DNA from: a bacterium
GTDB lineage: Bacteria; SZUA-182; DTGQ01
Direction of reading: 5' to 3'
DNA: 36,741 nucleotides
Assembly (NCBI GenBank): GCA_040752695.1
Contig: JBFMGO010000051.1
Location: 1 to 36,741 of the forward strand
Each line of letters opens with the position of its first letter. The stretch's first letter is position 1. Under the pieces are notes generated by a model that was not told the DNA's origin, did no database searches, and saw nothing but the letters and a program-made list of their open reading frames with translations. Shown in pieces: positions 7,787 through 15,821 of the stretch. The position numbers were made by a program, and so were the translations under genes.

Positions 7787-10753
7787 TTATGGCTGCACTT
7801 GATTCAGGCGCATTTGCTGTGCTCTCTCAAGCAGCAGAGATGCCTGGGTGAAATCAGGCTGAAGGCGCAGGGCTTCCTGATACTCTTCGATGGCCTCGTC
7901 GAGCATTCCTTTTGTGTCATAGGCCGTAGCCAGGTTGAAGTGGGCCTGAGCATAGGCAGGGGCAATCCTGATGGCCTGCCGGTAAGCGGCAACAGCCTGA
8001 TCCATGGCCTGCTGGCTGAAGTAGATGGTGCCGATATTCATATAGACCTCAGGATAGTCGGGCTTGGCTTTGAGGGCTTTTTGATAGGCGGCAAGGGCTT
8101 TATCCGTGTCCCCTTTCTGGCCGTAGGTCACACCAAGGTGAAAGTAGGCTTCTGCATTATTCGGATCCATGGTCAGAGCTTTTTGAATTTCGAGAAGAGC
8201 TTCTTCCTGTCTATTGAGGCTATAGTAAGCGATCCCCAGATGTACTCTTGATTTGACCTGATCAGGCTGCAATTGCACGGCTTTTTGAAGCTCTTCAGCA
8301 GCCTGGACCGGTTTGCCTGTCATCAGGTACAGGTCTCCCAGTTCTGCGTGAATGGTCTGGTAACCGGGCTTGATTCGAAGGGCTGTTTGAAATTCGTCGA
8401 GAGCCGGACCAAACGCTCTTTTCCTGGAGTACAGGAGCCCCAGATTGTAGTGAGCATCGGCAAAGTTCGGGTCTAAGGACAGGGATTTTCGAATTTCAGC
8501 TTCTGCCTCTTCAAACGCCTGCTTCCAGAGATAGATGCCACCCAACAGGGTATGTACTTCCTTATTGTTCGGGTTGAGGCGGATTGCTTCCTGAAACTCG
8601 GCCATAGCCCGGTTTGGGTCCGCTTCTTGGGCATAGAGCGTACCCAGTTGCCTGTGAGCATCAAAATAGGTGGGATTAAGGCGCACTGTCTCCTGGTACT
8701 CCCGAAGAGCCAGAGCGGTATTCTTCTGCTTTTCGTAAACCAGGCCCAGCATAAAGTGGGTGGAAACATCGCCAGGATTCACCTTCAGGACATTCTGGAA
8801 GATCCCGGCAGCCTCTGCAAGCTGCCCCTTGGCGTAATACGAGAGACCGGAATCGACCTGGTCAGCAACGGCGATGAAGTCTTTGGGATCCGCACGATTG
8901 CTCCCCTCCCCTTCCGGTCCGGTGCTGCCGCTTCCCGCTGCCGGACTGTTCCACACGTAGCCGAGGCTCTGCAGCCTTTGCCGCTGCTCGCTGCTGAGCT
9001 GGGTCCTGGTGGCTGATCCTGCATAAAAGTCGGCCAGGGATTTTCGAAGCTCCAGCAACCTTGCTTTCAACTGCTCAGCCTGCTCTGACTGCATTGACTG
9101 CCCAGCCGCCTGATCTGCTTGCACTGGCTGCCCTGACTGCTCAGCCTGCACTTGCTGCCCGGCCTGATCTGACCGTATTGGCTGCCCAGCCTGGACTGAT
9201 TGCCCTGATTGATCTGGTTGATCAGACTGGTCTGGCTGGTCCGGCTGCCCTGACTGGCTTGTCTGACCTGGTGCCTGCCCTGCCTGGCTGACCAGGAGGT
9301 TATCGATTTCCGCCGGGTCTTTCTGGATGTTGTAGAGCTCCGGTTTTGGTGCCAGAATATATTTCCGGTCCTGGGTGCGCAGCCCGAAAAGAGGGCTGAG
9401 GTTATGATTTAATCTTGGATAAAGGGTCTCGCAGTACAGCACAAGGTTTAATGCCTCCCGGTCACTGGTTGCTGCCTGATAAAGGCTCACGCCCTGCATC
9501 CTGAGCTCACCTCCCCTGCCCTCGCCATTGCCTGCTCCGCTCTCCCCTGCTCTGCTGTCCTTGTCTGCTGCGCCGTCCTCCGCCCCGCTCCCCTGGGCAA
9601 ATGCCGTTACAGCAGTTGCATGGGCAACTGCCGGTGCTGTTGCCTGCTCTATTGCCCGGGCAGCCGCCTGCGTAGTTACCTGCACATCCAATGCTTCCAG
9701 AATGGTAGGCATGATGTCGATGGTCCGGACCAGCGATTTAACCATGCGGCTGCGGGGAAACTTATCCGGATAGCGAAAAACAAGGGGAACCCGCAGGGTG
9801 GAATCATAGATAAAAAAAGTGTGGGTCCTTTCCTTATGCTCTCCCAGACCCTCGCCGTGGTCAGAGGTGAGAACGACCAACGTCTGATCGAGCAGGTGAA
9901 GCTGTTCCAGTTTATCCAGCACTTCACCCACACATCGGTCGGTATAGGCGATTTCTCCATCGTAGAGGTTTTTTTGATATTTCGTACGAAACGGCTCTGG
10001 AGGAGAGTAATCCGCATGAGGATCAAAGTAGTGTATCCAGAGAAAAAATTTTTCCTGAGCGTGCTGATCCAGCCATTGGATCGCCCTTTCGCTGGTTTCC
10101 TCTCCTATCCGCTCGTTATGGAGAATAGAGGGGCCACTCTGATTCTGTGGGAAATTATCGTCATAGGACTCAAATCCCTGGTCCAGCCCAAAGCTTGAGT
10201 CCAGGGTATAGGAACTGACTACGGCTGCTGTCCGGTAGCCGTTCTTTTGTAAAATTTCTGTCAAGGTGGTAGCGGATGAATCCAGGATGAAGGTTCCATT
10301 ATTTCGCACACCGTGGGATGGCGGATAATTCCCCGTAAATATCGATACATGCGAAGGCAGAGTAATGGGAACCGGCGTAAGTGCCTGGGTAAAGAGTACG
10401 CCCTCTTTGGCCAGCCGGTCGATTCGGGGAGTTTCAACCTGCGAGTCACCATAGCACCCCAGATGATCGGCCCGAAGCGTATCGATAGTGATCAAGAGCA
10501 AATTGGGCTGCTTTTGCTCCTTGACGGATGTCTGGCGGCGTGAGCAGGAAGGAAGAAAAGTGCAGGTCACAAGAGCGAAAGCAAAAGCAACAGTAACAGT
10601 AAACGCGAACCTGAAAGCCAGCCTGGAAGCGAACCTGAAAGGAAAATGAAAAACAGAACGAAAGACGGAGGCCAAAGCCGAAGTAAAAAGGTCGCAGAGA
10701 GCTTTTGGACGATTTGAAATCAAGGTATTCTCTCCTTTCCCAACGTGACTCAT
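7787..10753 (-). CDS. Sulfatase-like hydrolase/transferase (alkaline phosphatase superfamily) with C-terminal TPR array; probably exported or a lipoprotein
   Basis: Motifs PNLLLITIDTLRADHLGCYG, TLPSH (Thr at the nucleophile position), HYFDPH and TSDHGE. About 10 TPR-like 34-aa repeats follow. The hydrophobic N-region ends in LPSC. Confidence 0.92.
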   Translation of the reverse strand: MSHVGKGENTLISNRPKALCDLFTSALASVFRSVFHFPFRFASRLAFRFAFTVTVAFAFALVTCTFLPSCSRRQTSVKEQKQPNLLLITIDTLRADHLGCYGDSQVETPRIDRLAKEGVLFTQALTPVPITLPSHVSIFTGNYPPSHGVRNNGTFILDSSATTLTEILQKNGYRTAAVVSSYTLDSSFGLDQGFESYDDNFPQNQSGPSILHNERIGEETSERAIQWLDQHAQEKFFLWIHYFDPHADYSPPEPFRTKYQKNLYDGEIAYTDRCVGEVLDKLEQLHLLDQTLVVLTSDHGEGLGEHKERTHTFFIYDSTLRVPLVFRYPDKFPRSRMVKSLVRTIDIMPTILEALDVQVTTQAAARAIEQATAPAVAHATAVTAFAQGSGAEDGAADKDSRAGESGAGNGEGRGGELRMQGVSLYQAATSDREALNLVLYCETLYPRLNHNLSPLFGLRTQDRKYILAPKPELYNIQKDPAEIDNLLVSQAGQAPGQTSQSGQPDQPDQSDQPDQSGQSVQAGQPIRSDQAGQQVQAEQSGQPVQADQAAGQSMQSEQAEQLKARLLELRKSLADFYAGSATRTQLSSEQRQRLQSLGYVWNSPAAGSGSTGPEGEGSNRADPKDFIAVADQVDSGLSYYAKGQLAEAAGIFQNVLKVNPGDVSTHFMLGLVYEKQKNTALALREYQETVRLNPTYFDAHRQLGTLYAQEADPNRAMAEFQEAIRLNPNNKEVHTLLGGIYLWKQAFEEAEAEIRKSLSLDPNFADAHYNLGLLYSRKRAFGPALDEFQTALRIKPGYQTIHAELGDLYLMTGKPVQAAEELQKAVQLQPDQVKSRVHLGIAYYSLNRQEEALLEIQKALTMDPNNAEAYFHLGVTYGQKGDTDKALAAYQKALKAKPDYPEVYMNIGTIYFSQQAMDQAVAAYRQAIRIAPAYAQAHFNLATAYDTKGMLDEAIEEYQEALRLQPDFTQASLLLERAQQMRLNQVQP
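9068..9292. repeat. In-frame degenerate 9/18-bp repeat tract encoding a Q/A/G/S/P-rich linker
   Basis: Recurrent (CTG)CCCTGACTG / GCCTGATCT / CTGCTCAGC units encode QAGQAPGQTSQSGQPDQPDQSDQPDQ...QAEQ. Confidence 0.85.
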
Positions 10754-11613
10754 AGTCCACCTGAACCACTTGAACGGCCCGGACCGCCTGAACAGCCCGG
10801 ACTGCCTGAACCACTCGAACCGCCCGGACCGCCTGAACCTCCCGAACCACCTCCACCCGAACCGCCTGGTTCCGATCCGCAGGAAGCGAATGGAGCACAG
10901 GGATTATCCAGCTTCAGAGGTCTATCGACCCAGAGTGCTTCGCCATACTCAACATTGATTAATGATCCGAAGTAGCGGCACCTCGACTCAATATGAAACA
11001 GGTAATCGGATATGCCTATGGTTCGCTGGGAATGAGCGCCAGCGGGGAAAACCTGAGACCTGTAGGCCGCTACAGCCTTCATCTTTTGTGTAAATTCCGG
11101 CGTTATATCCACCACGAAAGTTGGAATAATAGGCTGATGGCAGGGGTAGTAGTAAACATGACGGGGATAATGCGCAGGGAAGCCAAGGTCCAGGTTAACC
11201 AGCCTGGCCTGAAAAAAGGCCTGTTGAACAAGCCTGCCTGCTGCCGCATGATCCGGATGCCAGTCCTGAAAGTATGAGGTCAGCAGAATCGAAGGCCGAA
11301 ATTTTCGAATAACGCGGGCCACGGCCAGTATATTTTTATAGCTTTCAGCAAGCTGAGTATCACCCAGATCCAAATTTTCGCGCACATCCACCTCTAAAAT
11401 CCGTGAGGCTTCGGCCATCTCCTGCGCCCGAATGTCCGGTGTTCCTCTGGATCCCCTTTCTCCTCGGGTCAAATCCACGATGCCTGTTCTGTAGCCCTGT
11501 TTCTTCATCTTAATGAGCAGCCCTCCGAGACACATCTCCACGTCGTCCGGATGCGCGCCAAAAGCGAGCAGGTCAACCGGAGGAAAAGATATTGTCTGGG
11601 AATCCATATTCAT
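10750..11613 (-). CDS. bshB1: Bacillithiol biosynthesis deacetylase BshB1 (PIG-L family)
   Basis: Motifs DLLAFGAHPDDVE, DLTRGERGSRGT, HPDH and AYRSQ. Lies directly downstream of bshC. Has a Gly/Ser-rich C-terminal extension. Confidence 0.9.
   Translation of the reverse strand: MNMDSQTISFPPVDLLAFGAHPDDVEMCLGGLLIKMKKQGYRTGIVDLTRGERGSRGTPDIRAQEMAEASRILEVDVRENLDLGDTQLAESYKNILAVARVIRKFRPSILLTSYFQDWHPDHAAAGRLVQQAFFQARLVNLDLGFPAHYPRHVYYYPCHQPIIPTFVVDITPEFTQKMKAVAAYRSQVFPAGAHSQRTIGISDYLFHIESRCRYFGSLINVEYGEALWVDRPLKLDNPCAPFASCGSEPGGSGGGGSGGSGGPGGSSGSGSPGCSGGPGRSSGSGGL
10757..10875. repeat. In-frame 9-bp repeats encoding the Gly/Ser tail of BshB1
   Basis: CCTGAACC(A/G)/CCCGGACCG-type units encode GGSGGGGSGGSGGPGGSSGSGSPG... 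Confidence 0.85.
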
Positions 11614-11714
11614 GGTTTTCTCCTGATCTTGTCTGATCTGATGTCTGGAACAAACAATGCACGACTAATGCCCGACTGATGCACGAAGATATAATAATCT
11701 CAAAATTCACTAAT

Positions 11715-11850
11715 CTCAAAGTGCAGTACCCTCAAAGTGCAGTACCCTCAAAGTGCAGTACCCTCAAAGTGCAGTACCCTCAAAGTGCAATACCCTCAAG
11801 ATGTCATATCTCAAGATGCAATAACCTCAAGATGCAATAACCTCAAGATG
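11715..11850. repeat. 16-bp tandem repeat overlapping the bshC stop codon
   Basis: CTCAAAGTGCAGTACC x4 (perfect, 11715-11778), then variants grading into CTCAAGATGCAATAAC x2 and into the bshC 3' end. Confidence 0.95.
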
Positions 11851-13356
11851 ATAATGGAAAAAATAGCTTTCAATCTCCAGAGACTGAATGGCCCTTATAA
11901 AATCCGGCCCATAGGCGTTGAGCAGATAAAAGATATTCAATCTTCTCTCCTGGGGGTAGACATCCCGCAGCAGGCTGGCCGGTTGAGGATCGCGCAAGGT
12001 AGCGCTGAATCGGGGCAGAATAATGGGCATTTTGAGCCCAAAATACTCGTACACTCCCTTGATTTGAGCAAAATAGCCCACCTCACCAGGACCGGCCAGG
12101 TACATAAGGGTGGGAAACAGGGATTCGGAAAAAACAGGACGCAGGTAAACATTCGGGCTGAAGCGCTCTGGTTGATACTGGAGCAGCTCCCGCAATTGTT
12201 CCGGGGAATAATCCTGATTCTGAGTATGAAAAAGCCGACCATCCCATGTCACTCGCTCACGGGTCACTCGCTCATGGGTTACCCGCTCTCCGGGCATCCA
12301 ATCACCTTTGGCCTTTTCGTAGAGGAAAAAAGGACACCGGTCAGGGTAGGATGGTAATTGACGCCGATAGCCGCATTGTTCAAGCTCCTGACCCGTCCGA
12401 TCGACCACGATAGGCAGGGCTGGAGGATCGGCCAGAACTTTTTGCCGGATCGAGCCGGTAAGCCGCTTGATTCTCACATCATTGGGCTCGAACAGGACCA
12501 GCCCGCAAGAGCCGAAAAACTCCAGCATCAGGCGGCTAAACCACTCACCCAGAGTTCCGGACCGCGTCAGCGTGTTTTGCAGGGTGCTTTGAATGATGCG
12601 ATCAACCTCCCGTGAATACATGGTAGTCCCGAAAAGCAAGCGTAATTTTCTCATAAACGAACTCAACTCCTTCCCCTCCGGGTTCAAGGGAAGGAGCCCG
12701 ATCGGCTGCTTGAAGTGGCCTCGTCTGGGGCAGATGGACAATGTACTGTAGCTGCCTGCACCGCCGCTCTTGTCTGCACTGCTGCTTCCGCCGCTACTGC
12801 CTCCACCGCAGATGCCTGCACCGTTGCTCCTTGCGTGGCTGCTGTTTCCATGTCCGCTTTCTTTGCAGATGCTGTCTCCACTGCTGTCATGGGGGTCTGG
12901 CCAGGAGATCGAAGCGGCCTCAGCCAGATTGTGATCCTCCGAAGCGATCCAGAATACCGGGATACAGGGCCTGCTAAAAGTCTGCCGGATGCGCTGTGCC
13001 TCCCACAGGCAGGCTATAGTCTTGTAGATGGTATAGAGAGGACCGGTCAGCAAGCCTGGCTGCTGACCGGTCATGATGACCAGTGACTGCTGGTCCCTCA
13101 GGTCAGCGATGTTGCACATGGTTTCAGGCGATGCGCCCAGGCTCTGATGATATTCGCAGAGGTATTCTACCAGGGCTTCCCGATGAGGAAATGGCTGATT
13201 CCGCAAAGAGGTAATCTTCTCACCTATCTGGCCCGGATTAAAGTGAAAGAACTGCGGAAATCCGGATGGATTCTGCGCATAGCCACCAAGAAATGTACCT
13301 TCGGGGAGAATACTGGAAAAATTTTCCTTTTTTTTTACTTCCAGGTGATAATTCAT
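11827..13356 (-). CDS. bshC: Bacillithiol biosynthesis cysteine-adding enzyme BshC (coiled-coil region absent)
   Basis: Motifs TGQQPGLLTGPLYTIYK, PVFWIASEDHN, FSPNVYLRP, YLAGPGEVGYFAQ, MPIILPR and PQER..N. Confidence 0.92.
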   Translation of the reverse strand: MNYHLEVKKKENFSSILPEGTFLGGYAQNPSGFPQFFHFNPGQIGEKITSLRNQPFPHREALVEYLCEYHQSLGASPETMCNIADLRDQQSLVIMTGQQPGLLTGPLYTIYKTIACLWEAQRIRQTFSRPCIPVFWIASEDHNLAEAASISWPDPHDSSGDSICKESGHGNSSHARSNGAGICGGGSSGGSSSADKSGGAGSYSTLSICPRRGHFKQPIGLLPLNPEGKELSSFMRKLRLLFGTTMYSREVDRIIQSTLQNTLTRSGTLGEWFSRLMLEFFGSCGLVLFEPNDVRIKRLTGSIRQKVLADPPALPIVVDRTGQELEQCGYRRQLPSYPDRCPFFLYEKAKGDWMPGERVTHERVTRERVTWDGRLFHTQNQDYSPEQLRELLQYQPERFSPNVYLRPVFSESLFPTLMYLAGPGEVGYFAQIKGVYEYFGLKMPIILPRFSATLRDPQPASLLRDVYPQERRLNIFYLLNAYGPDFIRAIQSLEIESYFFHYHLEVIAS

Positions 13357-13455
13357 ACAGTTTGCAGTTCACACAGCCTACAGTTCATACAGCCTACAGT
13401 TCATACAGCCTACAGTTCATACAGCCTACAGTTCATACAAGTGATAATTCATACA
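13352..13455. repeat. 16-bp tandem repeat overlapping the bshC start codon
   Basis: TTCATACAGCCTACAG x3 perfect plus degenerate copies. GTGATAATTCATACA occurs at both ends of the array (13345 and 13441). Confidence 0.93.
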
Positions 13456-13466
13456 AATGACACTTC

Positions 13467-13496
13467 ATTATACTTTTACACTTTTTGTCATTGCAA
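13467..13496 (-). promoter_or_regulatory. Putative sigma70 promoter for bshC-bshB1
   Basis: Minus strand TTGCAA-N18-TATAAT, about 110 nt upstream of the bshC ATG. Confidence 0.5.
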
Positions 13497-13507
13497 AACT
13501 ATCAGTA

Positions 13508-13520
13508 TTTCAATCACTTA
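13508..13520 (+). promoter_or_regulatory. IHF-like site
   Basis: TTTCAATCACTTA, one mismatch to WATCAANNNNTTR. Confidence 0.4.
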
Positions 13521-13600
13521 ATAAAAAATGCAAAAGCATAGACAATTCAGATAAACAGGAATACATCATAGCATTGTCAAGAATAACCAATCGAAAAACC

Positions 13601-13912
13601 TTACAATGATCTCCTCTTTCGTGCATCATCGGCCAGTTCAACAATCTTGCGATAGATCGCTTCAAGAAAGGCAGGCACATCTTTGACTTCGAATTTCAGC
13701 GATCTTACAATGTCCAGTGCCTGATTGAGGCACCATTCTCTGTTCATCCGCCAATCTTCAACCTCCGGGACTGCGGGAGCGGGAGGAATAACCGGCTCCG
13801 GCTGATTGGCTGCGGATGACTGCTGAATATTTTTTGACTCTTTACCTGTCTCTATGCCTGTCTCTTTACCTGGATCTTTGCGCTTTACCTCGCCCATGAT
13901 TTTCCCCTCCAT
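13601..13912 (-). CDS. Hypothetical protein
   Basis: About 100-aa ORF. GGAGGG lies upstream of the second ATG (13897). Disordered N-terminus and amphipathic helical C-terminus. Confidence 0.65.
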   Translation of the reverse strand: MEGKIMGEVKRKDPGKETGIETGKESKNIQQSSAANQPEPVIPPAPAVPEVEDWRMNREWCLNQALDIVRSLKFEVKDVPAFLEAIYRKIVELADDARKRRSL

Positions 13913-13995
13913 AATCTGGTTAATTCAAGAATTGATCTTTGTTGTTATTATACTTTCGCGGGAATGATGGATGGAGATCATAAAATTACTTATAT

Positions 13996-14008
13996 TTTCA
14001 ATCACTTG
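13996..14008 (+). promoter_or_regulatory. IHF-like site
   Basis: TTTCAATCACTTG, within a ~48-bp imperfect copy of 13495-13540. Confidence 0.4.
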
Positions 14009-14287
14009 CTAAAAAAAATGCGAAAGTATGGGTGTTATTATACAATTATTTTTTTACACCTGACAATAGATATCATTTCAATCAGCTAAAAAATACCCGC
14101 CTATATCCTCGCGGGAGGAAATTTTAGTAAGAAAGTGAGGGGAGAGAGCAGCAGTTTACAAGATAATATGTCGATACCGTGCATAAGTGTTACTTTCAAT
14201 AACACTGATTGACCGGGAACCAATTAACTCAACAACGACCGACTCATAATGATTCATATAGATTCATATAGACTTATATAGACTTAT

Positions 14288-14652
14288 ATGGAACTCGATT
14301 ATGCAGCCAAGATCCAGATTCATGTTGTCGGCGGAATTTATGGAAACAGGCCGAAAAGCATCGAACGGTTTGTCGAACGGTTTGCCGAACTTGATGAGAA
14401 AATTAAACAGCGGCTGGTCATAGAAAACGATGACCGGAATTATACCCTGAAAGATTGCCTGGATATCCACGCCCAATACAGGCATTCCGGTCTTGTTCGA
14501 TCATTTTCACCATACTGTTCATAGTTCAGGGGAGACCCTACAAGAGGTATTCTCCTTTTTTACTAAAACCCGGCAGGAAACCGATGGCTTTCCGAGTGAT
14601 CGATTACAGCTCTCAACAACCTGGCCAAAGGAAAAGAAGGCATACTGATGAT
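14288..14652 (+). pseudogene. uvsE: UV DNA damage endonuclease UvsE fragment, frameshifted
   Basis: KIQIHVVGGIYG...RLVIENDD..Y...DCL / TGIPVLFDHFHH...TDGFP / VIDYSSQQPG..RRH, read across three segments with frameshifts near 14477 and 14595. The N-terminal half is missing. Confidence 0.88.
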
Positions 14653-14672
14653 TTCAGCCTGTTTTATTTACT

Positions 14673-14685
14673 TAATTCGTTGATT
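14673..14685 (-). promoter_or_regulatory. IHF consensus site
   Basis: Minus strand AATCAACGAATTA is a perfect match to WATCAANNNNTTR, just upstream of a sigma70-like promoter. Confidence 0.45.
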
Positions 14686-14695
14686 TTTTGTTCTA

Positions 14696-14724
14696 TTGAC
14701 TTCAAAATTAAATTAATATACAAT
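14696..14724 (+). promoter_or_regulatory. Putative sigma70 promoter
   Basis: TTGACT-N17-TACAAT. Confidence 0.6.
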
Positions 14725-14801
14725 AAGGAGCTTTCCAGGTAATGGGAGGCTCTTTAAGGATTCCTCAATGATTTTACTTTTTGGGTATTACGTTATAAAT
14801 A

Positions 14802-14810
14802 TGCTATAAT
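14802..14810 (+). promoter_or_regulatory. Extended -10 element
   Basis: TGCTATAAT, about 135 nt upstream of the ATG at 14946. Confidence 0.5.
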
Positions 14811-14945
14811 TAGTTGCATAGAGGAGTGCTATTTCTGACCCGATTATGATGTCTACCGCTTTCAGCTTTCATCAATCTCCGGTGAACGGCTGATGATGAG
14901 CGGTCATCATGAAAATCACTACTCAATAGAACAGGAAGGATCACC

Positions 14946-15821
14946 ATGGGAGAACAAAGGGAAAAACAAATAACGAAAGGAAGATGCTATTTCTGTAACG
15001 GCACCTTCGGCAAGGCAGAGATGGCTAAGCATTTACTATCATGCAGGGCAAAGGCTGTATCTGAGCAGCCGACTCAGGGAAAGCGTAAGCAGAGCAAGAG
15101 TGATAAAACCTTTCATCTTCTGGTCGAGGGACGCTACCAACCGGAATATTGGATGTATATCGAGGTAAAAGCCAAGGCAACCCTCGATGACCTGGACGAG
15201 TTCCTCAGAGACATCTGGCTGGAATGCTGCGGCCATATGAGCGCTTTTACGATTGATGAAAGAACATTTATATCGGGACCGGACAGGGAGAGCGGCGAAG
15301 AAGGATTCGATATTAAACTGGAAAAAATCCTCAGCCCCAAGATGAAGTTCTACCATGAATATGACTTCGGCACCACTACGGACCTTACCTTGAAAGTATT
15401 GTCGGAGCAGGAGGGGAGCCTGGGTGATTGGCCTGTTCAGCTTCTGGCCAGAAATGAAGCACCGAAGATAAACTGCGAGGTGTGCGGTAAAGTCGCTACG
15501 CAGGTATGCAGCCAGTGCATTGACGAGGGTGAGGGGTGGCTTTGCGGCGAGTGTGCCGAGGAACACGAGTGCGGCGAGGATATGCTCTTGCCGGTAGTTA
15601 ATTCACCACGCGTTGGAATGTGTGGATACACAGGAAATGGAGACGACGAGGACAGTATGGACTGGGAAGACGAAGACGAAGATTTGTTTGAAGAAGAAGA
15701 GGATGACGACGATGATGAGTTTGAAGACGACGATGATATTTTCGGGGATGATCTGATCTTCGAGGAAGATGACGACGAGGAGGAAGAAGAAGAGGATTTT
15801 TTCGAGGACGATGAAGAGTAA
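14946..15821 (+). CDS. pRiA4b ORF-3 / IS1096-passenger TnpR-like Zn-binding protein with long acidic tail
   Basis: Motifs CYFC...HLLSC, TLDDLDEFLRDIWLECCGHMSAF, YHEYDFGTTT, LLARN, several CxxC and NSPRVGMCGY. About 60 D/E-rich residues at the C-terminus. Confidence 0.85.
   Translation: MGEQREKQITKGRCYFCNGTFGKAEMAKHLLSCRAKAVSEQPTQGKRKQSKSDKTFHLLVEGRYQPEYWMYIEVKAKATLDDLDEFLRDIWLECCGHMSAFTIDERTFISGPDRESGEEGFDIKLEKILSPKMKFYHEYDFGTTTDLTLKVLSEQEGSLGDWPVQLLARNEAPKINCEVCGKVATQVCSQCIDEGEGWLCGECAEEHECGEDMLLPVVNSPRVGMCGYTGNGDDEDSMDWEDEDEDLFEEEEDDDDDEFEDDDDIFGDDLIFEEDDDEEEEEEDFFEDDEE

Noticed and set aside
11715..11850. Possible CRISPR array (also considered for 13352-13455, 22240-22506, 25742-25866 and 36595-36682)
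   Set aside because: Units are contiguous or have very short related tails, there are no unique ~30-40-bp spacers, and no cas genes are present.
11737..12357. 206-aa + strand ORF
   Set aside because: It starts inside the 16-bp array and is antisense to bshC.
11836..13350. The pentapeptide YHLEV occurs at both the N- and C-terminus of BshC
   Set aside because: Four of the five codons differ and there is no longer similarity, so it is treated as coincidence.
13508..14685. Recurring TTTCAATCACTT as a novel transcription-factor motif
   Set aside because: It fits the known IHF consensus WATCAANNNNTTR, so it is annotated as IHF-like instead.
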